Assembly (NCBI GenBank): GCA_965656495.1 | Contig: CBFHKU010000013.1 | Location: 1-36,331 of the forward strand | DNA length: 36,331 nucleotides | Direction: 5' to 3' | From: Coraliomargaritaceae bacterium | Lineage (GTDB): Bacteria > Verrucomicrobiota > Verrucomicrobiia > Opitutales > Coraliomargaritaceae | Shown here: in pieces, positions 1 to 10,378 of the stretch | Numbering within the stretch: position 1 is the first letter of the stretch | Layout of the letters: each line of letters starts with the position of its first letter | Program-made: the position numbers and the translations under genes | The notes under the pieces: model-generated | What the model saw: the letters and a program-made list of their open reading frames with translations, nothing else | The model's database searches: none | What the model was told of the DNA's origin: nothing

Positions 1-828
1 TGCCCCCATGCTAAGGATTAACACGATGCATGCACTCTGCACGGGTTCAGGCACAGGAGTTCCCGAGATCGTTAATTGATCCACCGAGAAAAATGCCCCA
101 TCCCCGTCTGTGAAAAGGTCATTGCCCGCTACCGAAAAACGGAGACCGTCAATAGAGGTGCCGCTGTAAGCTTCCGTAGCAAAAATTATTTCACCATCGG
201 TATTATTACCATTATTGTAGGAGAGTATAATTCGGTCGTTTTCGAAATCAATCTTTGTGGTAATAGTCAGCCCATTGCCGCCGGTACTCAGTCCCCAATT
301 CGTGGCACCATTGACAGAAGGATTAAAACTAGTCACCCCAGAATCGTTGATGATATACTCGGGACGGGCATGGCCGTTAACGGTATGCGCAATGCGTGTT
401 TCCGCCACCTTGGTCGTCCCATTCATCAGACCGAAACCCAGCTTCGCGGATTTCGTGGTGGTATTGATTAAATTAAAATCAATTTTAAACTGGAGCGTCA
501 CACTGGAATACACCGCTTCGGTGAGGGGCGAAGTAAAAGTACGGATCTTGAATTGGTCAATTAGATCGGGATCGCTGTTAGCTGTTGAATCATAGGCCCA
601 CACCGCCTGCCCGGATCCATTCGTCACAAATCCGGGCATATCGAATGCATTGGAAAAGAAATTGTTCGTCGCTGTGGCACGTGCCGCGTGAGTCCCAGCC
701 GCATCATTAAAATCGATCGTTGTTAAGAGATCTTGACCATAAGACTTCAGCAAAAGGGTAATTGCCAGTATTGGAATCAGGAATTTCAGTTTCAAAACCG
801 CGCGAGGTATGATTGTTTCTTGAACCAT
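1..828 (-). CDS. PEP-CTERM surface protein, 3' end truncated by window edge (not in ORF track)
   Basis: Manual translation from ATG at 828 is open to base 1: MVQETIIPRAVLKLKFLIPILAITLLLKSYGQDLLTTIDFNDAAGT...SVDQLTISGTPVPEPVQSACIVLILSMGA. Signal peptide plus VPEP and a hydrophobic tail. Confidence 0.88.
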   Translation of the reverse strand, partial: MVQETIIPRAVLKLKFLIPILAITLLLKSYGQDLLTTIDFNDAAGTHAARATATNNFFSNAFDMPGFVTNGSGQAVWAYDSTANSDPDLIDQFKIRTFTSPLTEAVYSSVTLQFKIDFNLINTTTKSAKLGFGLMNGTTKVAETRIAHTVNGHARPEYIINDSGVTSFNPSVNGATNWGLSTGGNGLTITTKIDFENDRIILSYNNGNNTDGEIIFATEAYSGTSIDGLRFSVAGNDLFTDGDGAFFSVDQLTISGTPVPEPVQSACIVLILSMGA

Positions 829-1104
829 ACACCTACGTTAAATTTTATTTTATGGATTTTAAAATCGTTTTTAATGTGAATTTATTCAATTAATGAATTC
901 ATATGCGTATTATTCCGAATATGTGAATTTTTGCACATTTAACAACAACTCCGGTACTCGCTTCAAGCTTTGCTCAGGCTTGGGCAAACCCGTCGCGATC
1001 CACGCCTCAAAACATCAAGGAAGAGAGCTAACATCTCCCCTCCGAAAGAAGTCACTCTGAAGCCGTCCGAGCCAGCGACCGATTAACCTCTCTTAGGATG
1101 CACT

Positions 1105-1131
1105 AAAAAGCCCCTGCATACACAGGGGCTT
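1105..1131 (-). terminator. Rho-independent terminator after PEP-CTERM gene 1154-1990
   Basis: AAGCCCCTG/CAGGGGCTT stem; the A-run at 1105-1109 gives a U-tract on the minus strand. Confidence 0.8.
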
Positions 1132-1153
1132 CCAGTAACGATAGAAGCAATTA

Positions 1154-1990
1154 CTATTTACGACGGCGCAGAATGACCGAGGCCAGTGCTAAGCAACCAC
1201 CAAGCAAGGCGAAGCTGCCGGGCTCTGGAACGGCAGTGTAAAGCCCAATTAAGTCCGTGCTCAATACACCGGTATCCGCACTTGACATAGCCCAATCTCC
1301 ACCAGCCTCTAATTCAAGTTTATCAAATTGAGTTCTTGTAAAAGTGGAGCTTTTAACCAATTGGCCATTACGGTAATAATCGATAGCATTCGTCGCGAAA
1401 TCAAATTCGATAGCCAAATTGGAGAAAACAACATTAGAGTCGACTGGATTCGCAGTATCTATGGAAACTGATTTCTGCCCAAAGTCGCCTGCTGCGCCAG
1501 CTGCTGTCATGCGACCTTGCACAGTATCAGCGATTCCATCAGAGCCCACCTCGTCCCATATACGTAATTCAATCTCAGCAAACTTATTAAACCCATCTTC
1601 TAAGCGAAGTAAGAAGCCGTTGGATGAAGACGTCATATTATTAAAATTTGAAAAATTGTAAGATGAGATATCCAGCTCTAGGCGCCACTTGCCCGAATTA
1701 ATGGGGCTAGCATAATCAATCTTACGAGACCATGATCCAGCATCTCCATCAGTAACAGCGACACCAGCGCCATCCGCGACAAACTTGCCACCCGCGGAAT
1801 TGGCGTTCCAAGTTCCACTGTTGGAACCAGAATTCGCCATCGTTGAAAGTCCTGCGTTGTTGCTGTCAGTTTCGAAATCTAAAACATCATATGCAGACCA
1901 AACTTCGCCACTAGATAAAATCTGAGAGTGTGCAGGCGTCGCCCCCAAAATGAACGCGACGAGTAAGTAGAATATATATTTATTAGTCAT
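1154..1990 (-). CDS. PEP-CTERM sorting-domain protein
   Basis: Signal peptide (…TPAHSQ) and C-terminal VPEPGSFALLGGCLALASVILRRRK. Confidence 0.92.
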   Translation of the reverse strand: MTNKYIFYLLVAFILGATPAHSQILSSGEVWSAYDVLDFETDSNNAGLSTMANSGSNSGTWNANSAGGKFVADGAGVAVTDGDAGSWSRKIDYASPINSGKWRLELDISSYNFSNFNNMTSSSNGFLLRLEDGFNKFAEIELRIWDEVGSDGIADTVQGRMTAAGAAGDFGQKSVSIDTANPVDSNVVFSNLAIEFDFATNAIDYYRNGQLVKSSTFTRTQFDKLELEAGGDWAMSSADTGVLSTDLIGLYTAVPEPGSFALLGGCLALASVILRRRK

Positions 1991-2117
1991 AGGGATAAAC
2001 TTGTGAGGTATTATGCAACAAATAATCGAAATTTAGTGGGGATTGACAAGGGAATCTCTGGATGATTATTAACAGTTTTTTAGTGATTTTGCGAACCTTG
2101 AGGCAGCCAAATATATA

Positions 2118-2150
2118 CAAAAAAGCCCCCGCAATGGCGGAGGCTTTTTG
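2118..2150. terminator. Rho-independent terminator, possibly bidirectional
   Basis: CAAAAAAGCCCCCGC-AATG-GCGGAGGCTTTTTG hairpin just downstream of the 2173-2991 stop. Confidence 0.82.
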
Positions 2151-2172
2151 AAAAGAATGTATTCCACGCTGC

Positions 2173-2991
2173 TTACCGGCGGCGGCGCAACATGATCAAT
2201 GCGAGCGCGAGGCCACCTGAAACAAGTGCAAAGCTGTCAGATTCGGGCACCTGAGTCAATCGAATCGTGTCCAAATTAAACGCGTTTGTTCCGGAAGTAC
2301 CGTTCCAGACACCACTCGTCGAACCAATGAATTGACCAATCTCAGTTGTGCCATCCACAGAAAAATCGAGGGCCGATCCCAAAATCGATGAGCCATTAAA
2401 AAGATAGTCGACGGTGTTGTTGTCGAAGTCGAAGAGGATAGACGCGGTAAGATCCGTATACGCCTGATCGTTTGTACCGATCAATGCGGTTCTGAACTGA
2501 TCATTCCGACCTGAACTATCGTCGTTGTTAGCCGAGAATTGAACTTCGACGTTCCCATCTTTTTCACGGATATTGAAACGAACAAGGCGATCCCCATCGG
2601 CATCGTTGATGCCCCATGAAATATTATCTCCTGCGGCATTATCCTGATAATTGACGTCAAACTCGATTTCAAGTGAGTATAACCCAGTATTCCGTTGAAA
2701 CGCCGGGCTGTAAAAATCAGTTGTAGCATCAGCGTTCGCGCTGCCTCGCACCGGAAGTTTACGCGTGGCGGTGCCCTGACCACTGTCAAAGGCGAGGTTT
2801 CCGGAACCGTCAGTTGTCCAACCGCCGAATCTCCATGAGCTTCCCTGGGTGCCACTGTTTGTGGTATTATTCAGTGCAGTGCCAGAGACATCGTCGAAGA
2901 GAAACGCTTCAAGAACGAGTTGAGCCGATACAGGCAATGAAGCTGCTAGGGCTAACGTAGCTGTAGCAATTATATTTGATTTTGCAATCAT
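2173..2991 (-). CDS. PEP-CTERM sorting-domain protein (VPES variant)
   Basis: Signal peptide (…LPVSAQ) and C-terminal VPESDSFALVSGGLALALIMLRRRR. Confidence 0.9.
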   Translation of the reverse strand: MIAKSNIIATATLALAASLPVSAQLVLEAFLFDDVSGTALNNTTNSGTQGSSWRFGGWTTDGSGNLAFDSGQGTATRKLPVRGSANADATTDFYSPAFQRNTGLYSLEIEFDVNYQDNAAGDNISWGINDADGDRLVRFNIREKDGNVEVQFSANNDDSSGRNDQFRTALIGTNDQAYTDLTASILFDFDNNTVDYLFNGSSILGSALDFSVDGTTEIGQFIGSTSGVWNGTSGTNAFNLDTIRLTQVPESDSFALVSGGLALALIMLRRRR

Positions 2992-3172
2992 GAGGTATGG
3001 AAGTTAAAAATAGTACAAAATACAAATTATGGACAATCGCTTTGTCATACAAGGTACAGCTTCTATTAAAAAAATAGAAAAACTACTGATAAAACGAATA
3101 AAACCGCTTTCCGTCTTTGGAAAGCCTTTGAATTGCATTTTCGCGGCTTATATCTCCAAGCCTATGCTCCTT

Positions 3173-4576
3173 TTACACACTGACACTAGATGCACTGGAG
3201 CGGTGTCCTGAATTTCCAATAATATTGCGGTAAGCAAAATACGACGCCTTTGGCGTGCGCTCCAGCGTTTCAAAATCACAAAAAATGAGGCCGAAGCGCA
3301 TATCGTAGCCCCGGGTCCATTCAAAATTATCGATCAGGGTCCAGCAGAAGTAGCCGCGCACGTCGACACCGTCCTCTTCGATCGCCTGCTGCATGGCATC
3401 GGCGTAGGCTTGGATGAAATCGGCGCGCTCCTGGTCGTCAGTCGCGGTGGCGACATCGTTATTGGCCAGTGCGGTGCCGTTTTCAGTGACGTAAATCGGC
3501 AAGCCATCGTAGCGTTCGTGAATCCACTTGAGCATTTTACGGAAGCCCCATGGGACAACAAACCAGCCCATACTGGTGACCGGCCAATCGGAATCGGAGC
3601 TGAGCACGACTTGCTGGTCATCGCTCATGCCACCGTTCCCTTCCTCTGCGGCGACCGCGTTCTCGACGCGGTCGGCGGTGCGTGATGCGTAGTGCGTCGT
3701 ATAGTGATTGAGACCAAGGAAGTCGGCCGAGCCTTTGAGCAGCGCTTTCTGCTCGGGTGTGAACTCCGGCAGCCGATCACCAAGGCGCTCGCGCATGATC
3801 GCGGGATAATCACCGAAGATAACCGGATCGGTGAGCCAACCGTAGAAAAATTCCATGCTTTCCTGGGCGGCTGCGCGATCTTGGTCGGAGTCGGTCAAGG
3901 GCTCGCGGAAGTCGCAGTTGTTGGCGATGCCGATTTGGCCGCCGTAATTGCCGTCACGGAAAACCTTCACCGCCAATCCATGCGCGAGCAAGAGGTTGTG
4001 CCCGACGACATACGGCTCTGTTTCCGAAACTCGCCCCGGCGCAAAGAGACCCGTGCCATAACCGAGCACTGCGGTGCACCAGTTTTCGTTGAAAGTTATC
4101 CAGTCTTTCACCCGGTCGCCGAAGGCCTCGAAGCAGACTTGTGCATATTGGGCGAAGGCCTCCGCAGTGCGGTAGCGTTGCCAGCCATCATCCTCTATTT
4201 GTAATGCGAGGGGTAAGTCCCAGTGATACAAGGTGACAAAGGGTTTCACTCCCTTGGCAAGCAAACCATTGATTAAGCGATTATAAAAATCGATGCCTTC
4301 TTGATTTACCTCCCCTTTGCCATCCGGGAGGATACGTGCCCAGCTTATCGAAAATCGGTAACCACCCACACCTAAATCTGCAATCAGGTCGATATCTTCT
4401 TCGTAGCGGTGGTAGTGGTCGCATGCGATAGCAGCGGTATCGCCGTTAATAATCTTTCCTGGAGTATGCGCGTACGCATCCCAGATATTCAAACCTTTAC
4501 CGCCTTCCAACCAGGCACCTTCAACTTGGTGCGCAGCGGTGGCAACACCCCAGATAAAGTCTTCTTTCAAACTCAT
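3173..4576 (-). CDS. GH1 beta-glucosidase, cytoplasmic
   Basis: FIWGVATAAHQVEGA, YRFSISWARI, TLYHWDLP, acid/base TFNE, nucleophile YVTENG, DNFEW. No signal peptide. Confidence 0.96.
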   Translation of the reverse strand: MSLKEDFIWGVATAAHQVEGAWLEGGKGLNIWDAYAHTPGKIINGDTAAIACDHYHRYEEDIDLIADLGVGGYRFSISWARILPDGKGEVNQEGIDFYNRLINGLLAKGVKPFVTLYHWDLPLALQIEDDGWQRYRTAEAFAQYAQVCFEAFGDRVKDWITFNENWCTAVLGYGTGLFAPGRVSETEPYVVGHNLLLAHGLAVKVFRDGNYGGQIGIANNCDFREPLTDSDQDRAAAQESMEFFYGWLTDPVIFGDYPAIMRERLGDRLPEFTPEQKALLKGSADFLGLNHYTTHYASRTADRVENAVAAEEGNGGMSDDQQVVLSSDSDWPVTSMGWFVVPWGFRKMLKWIHERYDGLPIYVTENGTALANNDVATATDDQERADFIQAYADAMQQAIEEDGVDVRGYFCWTLIDNFEWTRGYDMRFGLIFCDFETLERTPKASYFAYRNIIGNSGHRSSASSVSV

Positions 4577-4588
4577 AAATTTCCTTAC

Positions 4589-6037
4589 CTAGTTTTCGCA
4601 CCGCGCGCGCTCAGCAGCAATCGCCCCTGAAAGCACCTCCATAACTTGTGCATACTGCGGATCGTCCGCACGATTCTCATTCTCAGCCGAATCTAGCGTG
4701 TGATCATAATATTCCCTCGCAACAACCGTACCTTGCGTCTCACGAATCCACTCAGTGTAGCGACCCTCCGGAGACTTGACGGAATAACCCATCACTCCGC
4801 CGTGTCGCGGATATTGAGAATATGCCAACTCATCCCAATTCGAATCGGGATTTTTCAGTAAAGGCAGGAGGCTGGTTCCCTCGCATTGCTCCGGCGTGGG
4901 CAAGTCGGCCAACTCGCAAAGAGTCGGGTATAGATCCAAAAGCTCCACCAGAGCATCGGTGTCGTCCGCCACCGAAGCGGAACCCGGGGCCTTAATCAAA
5001 AAAGGAACCCGGGCATCAATCTCGTAATTCGTATGCTTGCACCACATGGCATGTTCTCCAATCTTAAAGCCATGGTCACCCCATAAGACCACGATGGTGT
5101 TTTCGACCAAGCCCTGCCTTTCAAGTGTCTCCATCAAGCGTCCGATCTGAGCATCCACGAAACTCACCGAAGCATAATAGCCATGAATCAAACGACGGGC
5201 CGTGATCGCATCGACCGCTCCCTTCTTTGGAATACCAGCATAGGCACGCAACTCCCCCCAGGTCATTAAAGCGATGGGCGGCGCTCCTTTCGGGCTGTAG
5301 TAATTATCCGGCAATTCAATCTGCTCAAAATTATACAGATCCCAATATTTTTTCGGCGCGACAAAAGGCAGGTGCGGCTTCTTGTAACCGACCACCATAA
5401 AGAAGGGCTGCTCACCAACTGTTTCAAGCGCCTCAATCGCCAAATCCGTCATGGCACCATCGTGGTATTTTGAATCCGGAACCTCCGCCCATTCATAAGC
5501 GGGCCCTTTTGTAAACTGACGGAAAGCCCGCCCCCGCAACCCCTTTTCCTTCGCCTCCGCCTCCAGTTGCTTGATCCGTGCCCGTGTTTCTGGGTTATGA
5601 TATCCATTTACCCCTGGGATATTGTAGGTATCAATCCACTCCGTCCACTCGCGCCATTGCTCATCATGGAGGACTTTGCCGGTACCTATGGTTCGGTAGC
5701 CATGTTTTGCAAAGTGTTGCGGCAGTGTCACCGCATCGGGGATGGTCTCGCGAAACTTTGTTTGCAGGTCATGCACCCCCGTAGAGTTGGGGCGCATTCC
5801 GGTAAAGAGGCTAATGCGTGAAGGCAGGCAAACCGCCTGTTGCACATAAGCCTGATCAAAGCGCATTGACCCTTCAGCGAGGCGGTCAATGTGGGGCGTC
5901 ACCATATGCGCCGCCCCGTAGCACCTCAGCTCCGGACGCAGGTCGTCAATCGCAAGGATTAGAACATTGGGCTTTGTAGCATATAGTGACGTTGCACTAA
6001 GGATAAAAAGTAGGACTGAAATATGACGCATCCGCAA
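4589..6037 (-). CDS. Sulfatase (S1 family, iduronate/choline-sulfatase-like)
   Basis: KPNVLILAIDDLR, CLPSR (CxPxR), KPHLPF, GDHG, WCKH. Signal peptide. Start may be the ATG at 6031. Confidence 0.95.
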   Translation of the reverse strand: MRMRHISVLLFILSATSLYATKPNVLILAIDDLRPELRCYGAAHMVTPHIDRLAEGSMRFDQAYVQQAVCLPSRISLFTGMRPNSTGVHDLQTKFRETIPDAVTLPQHFAKHGYRTIGTGKVLHDEQWREWTEWIDTYNIPGVNGYHNPETRARIKQLEAEAKEKGLRGRAFRQFTKGPAYEWAEVPDSKYHDGAMTDLAIEALETVGEQPFFMVVGYKKPHLPFVAPKKYWDLYNFEQIELPDNYYSPKGAPPIALMTWGELRAYAGIPKKGAVDAITARRLIHGYYASVSFVDAQIGRLMETLERQGLVENTIVVLWGDHGFKIGEHAMWCKHTNYEIDARVPFLIKAPGSASVADDTDALVELLDLYPTLCELADLPTPEQCEGTSLLPLLKNPDSNWDELAYSQYPRHGGVMGYSVKSPEGRYTEWIRETQGTVVAREYYDHTLDSAENENRADDPQYAQVMEVLSGAIAAERARCEN

Positions 6038-6046
6038 GGTAGAAGA

Positions 6047-8941
6047 CTAAAACTGTATCGAGGCTTTCATGGAAATGCGCCGTCCATCGGTATAACGTGC
6101 GTTGTTACCGGTAGCAATCAAATCACGGGCATCGAACGCATTCGCAACCGATAGCTGAAAGCTGTATTTTGGATTACCTCGGCCCTTCTTGAATTGACCC
6201 CGCCATCCCGCAAAGGCGCCTACCTCTAAATTATCGGCTAGCCATAGGTCATAGCCCACCGGATCTCCCCCCTGATAAGCATTACCATTGCCATCAACAA
6301 TCGGTACATAATCCGGAATTCCATCCTTGTGATCGTCACCTACCCCGTTGCCATCACTACCGATGTCCGCATAAAGACGATTGTAAAACGACTTGGATCG
6401 GTATTTGATATTGGATCCTAAATACCAGCCTTTCAGCTTTCCATCCGTAAAGGTATAGCGCGTGGTAAAATTGGCACTGTGGTGTGCGGTACCGGGTACC
6501 AGTTGACCCTCTTCCAAAATTTTCTCCCCGGTGGGCTTGTCTACCGGTGCATCCAGAAAGGATGCATCGACATATGCGTAACCTAAAAAGAAAGAAAGGT
6601 TTCTGTTTGGATTGTAGTAGAGATCCAGCTCAGCTCCCTGACTGCGCGTTTCAATTCCAGATACATTTCTGCCGATAGGATTGAATGCATTGTTATTGTT
6701 AGGATCATACAGAAAACCGTATTCGGTTGACGGATACAAGCGCTCAAGCTGCCCATTCGTCAATTTGTTCAGAATATCATTCTTCTTTTTAATTATGAAA
6801 GCGATCACCTGACCACTGATCTTGCCGTCTAAAAATTCAAACTTGATACCTGACTCCATACCCCTACCCAACTCAGGCGGCACTGTATCTCCGGCCGGAT
6901 CCAGTGCCCAGCCGTTGGGTGATTCAATGGATTCAGCATAATTCGCAAAGATCCCTACGTTTTGATTCAACCAAAAGAGGGCTCCCAAAGAGGGACTCAC
7001 CTCGGTGTAGTCTTCATTGATGTCTGAAAACGATCCTCCCTGCCAATTTTTGGTGGTCGCACTTAAGTTAATATCATCAATACGCGCCCCGAAAAGGGTA
7101 TTCAATCGGCCATTCATATAACGACCCTGTGCCGCTAGCCAAAAGGCCTGCGTTTGCACCTTGCTCTCGCGGGTGCGCTGCAGCGCAAAAAATGAGGCAT
7201 CTCCGTTTCGTTCCCTAAATATGGGACTGCGACCTGCGCCCATGTTGGCATTAGGATTAAAATTATTGCTGACGTGGGTTGATAAATCATAATAATAACC
7301 ACTCCACTTGCCGTCCAGAAGATCACTTAATAAAACATAATCCTTAGCCCTGCTTGCACCCGACCAGGTGCCATCGTCTGGATCAACGACGGGATTATTA
7401 ACAGGATCGTCCGACTGCCAAACTTCCTGATATTGACGATCCGTACTGTTTCGGAGATCCAAATCAAGACCAAACAAGAACTGCTGCTCCGAACCTAAAA
7501 TCTCTTTTTTCCAAGAAACCGTCGTACGAATCGCATCCGTATTATCCGTCGTGTAACTTGTTTGCCAAAAGGGCGTCATGTAAGGCGAGGGCATCTTGCC
7601 CGCATCATCGGGGTTTTCGGGATCAATCGTATTCGGCTCATCTTCAGGATCACGCAAAAAGCCATTATTTCGTGCGGACAGATAAATATCATTGGCGCTC
7701 GCCCGTATGCGATTATCTCCGTCCAAATTTTCATGCGCATAGGCAAATTTCGCGGACAAATTATCCGAGAATTGGTGAGATACATCGCCAATAAAGAAAA
7801 AACCTTCGCGTAATTGGCGTTGATCCGGCCCAGAGATAGTCCCGCTGTTGTTTTTGCTGATGGCGCTGTAGAAGTTACGTAAATCATCCGCACTGTTGAT
7901 GTCCAGCTGTGGCTTAATAGGGGTTGGATTATTCTGATTACCTTTTTTAGCCATTAGCGTTCCGTCATTGTAATCGATCATATACTGCATGGCATCAGCC
8001 GAGAGGTATTTGATGATATCCGGGGTAACCGGAAGGTTTTGTAAGATCCCAGTCATACCGTTGTTGCCAGTTCGATCCTGGTATACACCTTTGGGGTTAT
8101 TACGGTTCTCATCAAAATACTCAGCATGCAGATTAAAACTGGTGCGCGTGCTCGGGCGAAAGTTCACTGCTGTGGTAACTCCATCGAAGCGGTTGGACTT
8201 ATAATCCTGCGAAAACTCCTTTTGTTGATGGGTCGCCATCAAACGAACCGCCCATTGATCATTGATTTGAAGATTGCGATCCACCGCAGCCCGATACAAT
8301 TCATTCGTTCCACCCTCCACTTCAAACTTGTTGAAGTCATTGGAAAAGAGGGCCTTCTTACCAATGAAATTTGCTTTGCCGCCCGGAGCCGCCTGTCCAT
8401 AGACCAAACTGTTTGCGCCGCGGATCACCTCCACCCGCTCGACATTGTAGCTATTCTGCGGACCCTGACGCGGCATAAACTCAAAGAGCTGGAAACGGGT
8501 TAGCAAACCGCGAAAACGAATGAGGCGATTACTAAAACTCTCACCCTCAGATTGCGCACTGGCGACCACATCTGCCAGAGAATCAATCTCGGTCAGATTC
8601 ATATCGCCCAATAGTTCCTGATTCACCACCGAGATCGTCATCGGGGTGTCCTTAATAAGTTGATTGGTACGGGTTCCGCCCAGTGAATTGGCAGAATAAT
8701 AACCCCGGTCTTGCTCCGCCGATACCTCAAAGTCCTGCAACAGGAAAATCTCTTCGCCGTCTATTTCTTCGGTTTTACCGTTTTCCTTTGCCGCTTCCGA
8801 TTCCGGCAAAACAAAGTTAACCGCCTGATTTTCCTCAGCGGACTCTTCCGGTGTTTCAGCCGCTAAACCGCATAACAGCAAGCAGGTTAATGGAAAAAGC
8901 AAAGCAAGCTTAACCGCGAGGTTCAGTGGGTATCTTTTCAT
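6047..8941 (-). CDS. TonB-dependent receptor
   Basis: Plug motifs GGTRTNQLIKDTPMTISV and VERVEVIRGANSLVYG, beta-barrel-like body, C-terminal F (KASIQF). Confidence 0.93.
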   Translation of the reverse strand: MKRYPLNLAVKLALLFPLTCLLLCGLAAETPEESAEENQAVNFVLPESEAAKENGKTEEIDGEEIFLLQDFEVSAEQDRGYYSANSLGGTRTNQLIKDTPMTISVVNQELLGDMNLTEIDSLADVVASAQSEGESFSNRLIRFRGLLTRFQLFEFMPRQGPQNSYNVERVEVIRGANSLVYGQAAPGGKANFIGKKALFSNDFNKFEVEGGTNELYRAAVDRNLQINDQWAVRLMATHQQKEFSQDYKSNRFDGVTTAVNFRPSTRTSFNLHAEYFDENRNNPKGVYQDRTGNNGMTGILQNLPVTPDIIKYLSADAMQYMIDYNDGTLMAKKGNQNNPTPIKPQLDINSADDLRNFYSAISKNNSGTISGPDQRQLREGFFFIGDVSHQFSDNLSAKFAYAHENLDGDNRIRASANDIYLSARNNGFLRDPEDEPNTIDPENPDDAGKMPSPYMTPFWQTSYTTDNTDAIRTTVSWKKEILGSEQQFLFGLDLDLRNSTDRQYQEVWQSDDPVNNPVVDPDDGTWSGASRAKDYVLLSDLLDGKWSGYYYDLSTHVSNNFNPNANMGAGRSPIFRERNGDASFFALQRTRESKVQTQAFWLAAQGRYMNGRLNTLFGARIDDINLSATTKNWQGGSFSDINEDYTEVSPSLGALFWLNQNVGIFANYAESIESPNGWALDPAGDTVPPELGRGMESGIKFEFLDGKISGQVIAFIIKKKNDILNKLTNGQLERLYPSTEYGFLYDPNNNNAFNPIGRNVSGIETRSQGAELDLYYNPNRNLSFFLGYAYVDASFLDAPVDKPTGEKILEEGQLVPGTAHHSANFTTRYTFTDGKLKGWYLGSNIKYRSKSFYNRLYADIGSDGNGVGDDHKDGIPDYVPIVDGNGNAYQGGDPVGYDLWLADNLEVGAFAGWRGQFKKGRGNPKYSFQLSVANAFDARDLIATGNNARYTDGRRISMKASIQF

Positions 8942-9086
8942 GATAATTTAGTTTTAATCACCCCTTAGGGTCAGAATGAAGCATTTAGCAAACACATTCA
9001 TTAAAGATAATGCTTGCTACAACCCAAGGGTTTTACGCATTGATAATGAGCTTGATTAAAATGAATTAACGCCCTATGTAGAATGC

Positions 9087-10289
9087 GTGAAAGGTCAGAA
9101 TTCTACCCCAAGCATTTTCAAGGCAGCCAAGCCAAAGCGCAATCAACCCTCGATCATTGTTGCGATGGACTGGTATGATGAGCGCGTCCTGCGGGGTATT
9201 TTTCGTTACGCCCGCGAACATGCCTGGCACTTGTCGCCCTATATGGCAAATGGACGCTTTACCCCGCACGGCTGGCCCGGCGATGGCGCCATCACCTGCT
9301 GCGCACCGGGCTTCGAGGATCTTATCAAATCACTCCGCATGCCGATCGTAGACATCAGTTATGTTGAAATGCCCAAATCCATTCCTCGCGTGGGGGTCGA
9401 TAACGTTGCGATTTGCCAGATGGCCGCAGATCACTTCCTGAACCGGGGCTATAGGTTCTTTGCTTATTACTCCTGGGAGGATGTCCCGGTAAATATCCTG
9501 CGCCGCGATGCCTATTTTGCCTATCTCCGCACACGTGGCATCCCAAAAGACCAAATCTTTGAAATCAAACAGTCTTCCCGTGAATTGCTCACCAAGTGGA
9601 AGTCGCACCAGAAGGATATCCTCAACCAGTTGGATCGTATCCCACGTCCTGTGGCTGTCTTTACCGGGCAGGATAATCTTGGTGCCAGCCTCATTGAAAT
9701 CTGCACTCGGGCAGGCATTCACATACCGGAGGAAGTGGCGGTACTGGGAGTGGACAATACCGATCTCCTTTGCGATAGTGCCCCGGTGCCACTTTCCAGC
9801 GTGCGCACCCGCCTTGAGGAACTGGGCTACCAAGCGGCGCATCAACTCGATCGCTTGATGAAGAAGGAAATCAACAATCGCGCGACCCCTGCCTTGATAG
9901 CCCCGCATGGCATCGTAAGCCGCCAAAGCACCGATGTTCTGGCAGTGGATCATCCCGCCGTCTTCGCGGCCCTGCGCTATATCAAAGCACACTTTGCTGA
10001 GCCCATTACCATTGAAAGTGTGGTTGAGTATGCTGGCCTCTCGAAGCGCGGACTGGAAAAAGCCTTTGAACAACACCTAGGACGTACCCCCGCCAGCGAG
10101 CTCAGACGGGTGCGTCTCGACAAGGCCAAGCGTTTACTCACCGAAACCAACGATAAAATTGAATCCATTGCGCTGGACTGTGGTTATAGTAACAGTTCGA
10201 ACTTAAGTTGTGCCTTCCGTCGCGATACCAAAATGTCTCCACGGGAGTACCGATTAAAGTTTGGCCAGCACAAAACCAGCACCCCATAG
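9087..10289 (+). CDS. XylR-type transcriptional regulator (LacI-like sugar-binding domain plus AraC HTH)
   Basis: VGVDN…AADHF…IPEEVAVLGVDN…LSSV; C-terminal IALDCGYSNSSNLSCAFRRDTKMSPREYR. Divergent from the TonB receptor. Confidence 0.92.
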   Translation: MKGQNSTPSIFKAAKPKRNQPSIIVAMDWYDERVLRGIFRYAREHAWHLSPYMANGRFTPHGWPGDGAITCCAPGFEDLIKSLRMPIVDISYVEMPKSIPRVGVDNVAICQMAADHFLNRGYRFFAYYSWEDVPVNILRRDAYFAYLRTRGIPKDQIFEIKQSSRELLTKWKSHQKDILNQLDRIPRPVAVFTGQDNLGASLIEICTRAGIHIPEEVAVLGVDNTDLLCDSAPVPLSSVRTRLEELGYQAAHQLDRLMKKEINNRATPALIAPHGIVSRQSTDVLAVDHPAVFAALRYIKAHFAEPITIESVVEYAGLSKRGLEKAFEQHLGRTPASELRRVRLDKAKRLLTETNDKIESIALDCGYSNSSNLSCAFRRDTKMSPREYRLKFGQHKTSTP

Positions 10290-10378
10290 CTCCCATTGCA
10301 TTTTCTCAGTTAAAAACACTTGTTTATAAGCGAAATACGCAATTCCCATTCGAGCAACGATTGCCTATTTTCTTGTGT

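Noticed and set aside
76..595. Plus-strand ORFs 76-471 and 257-595
   Set aside because: They are shadows of the real minus-strand PEP-CTERM gene at 1-828.
10208..10378. N-terminal extension of the 539-aa sulfatase ORF
   Set aside because: It overlaps the regulator's 3' end; the signal peptide starts at ATG 10379.
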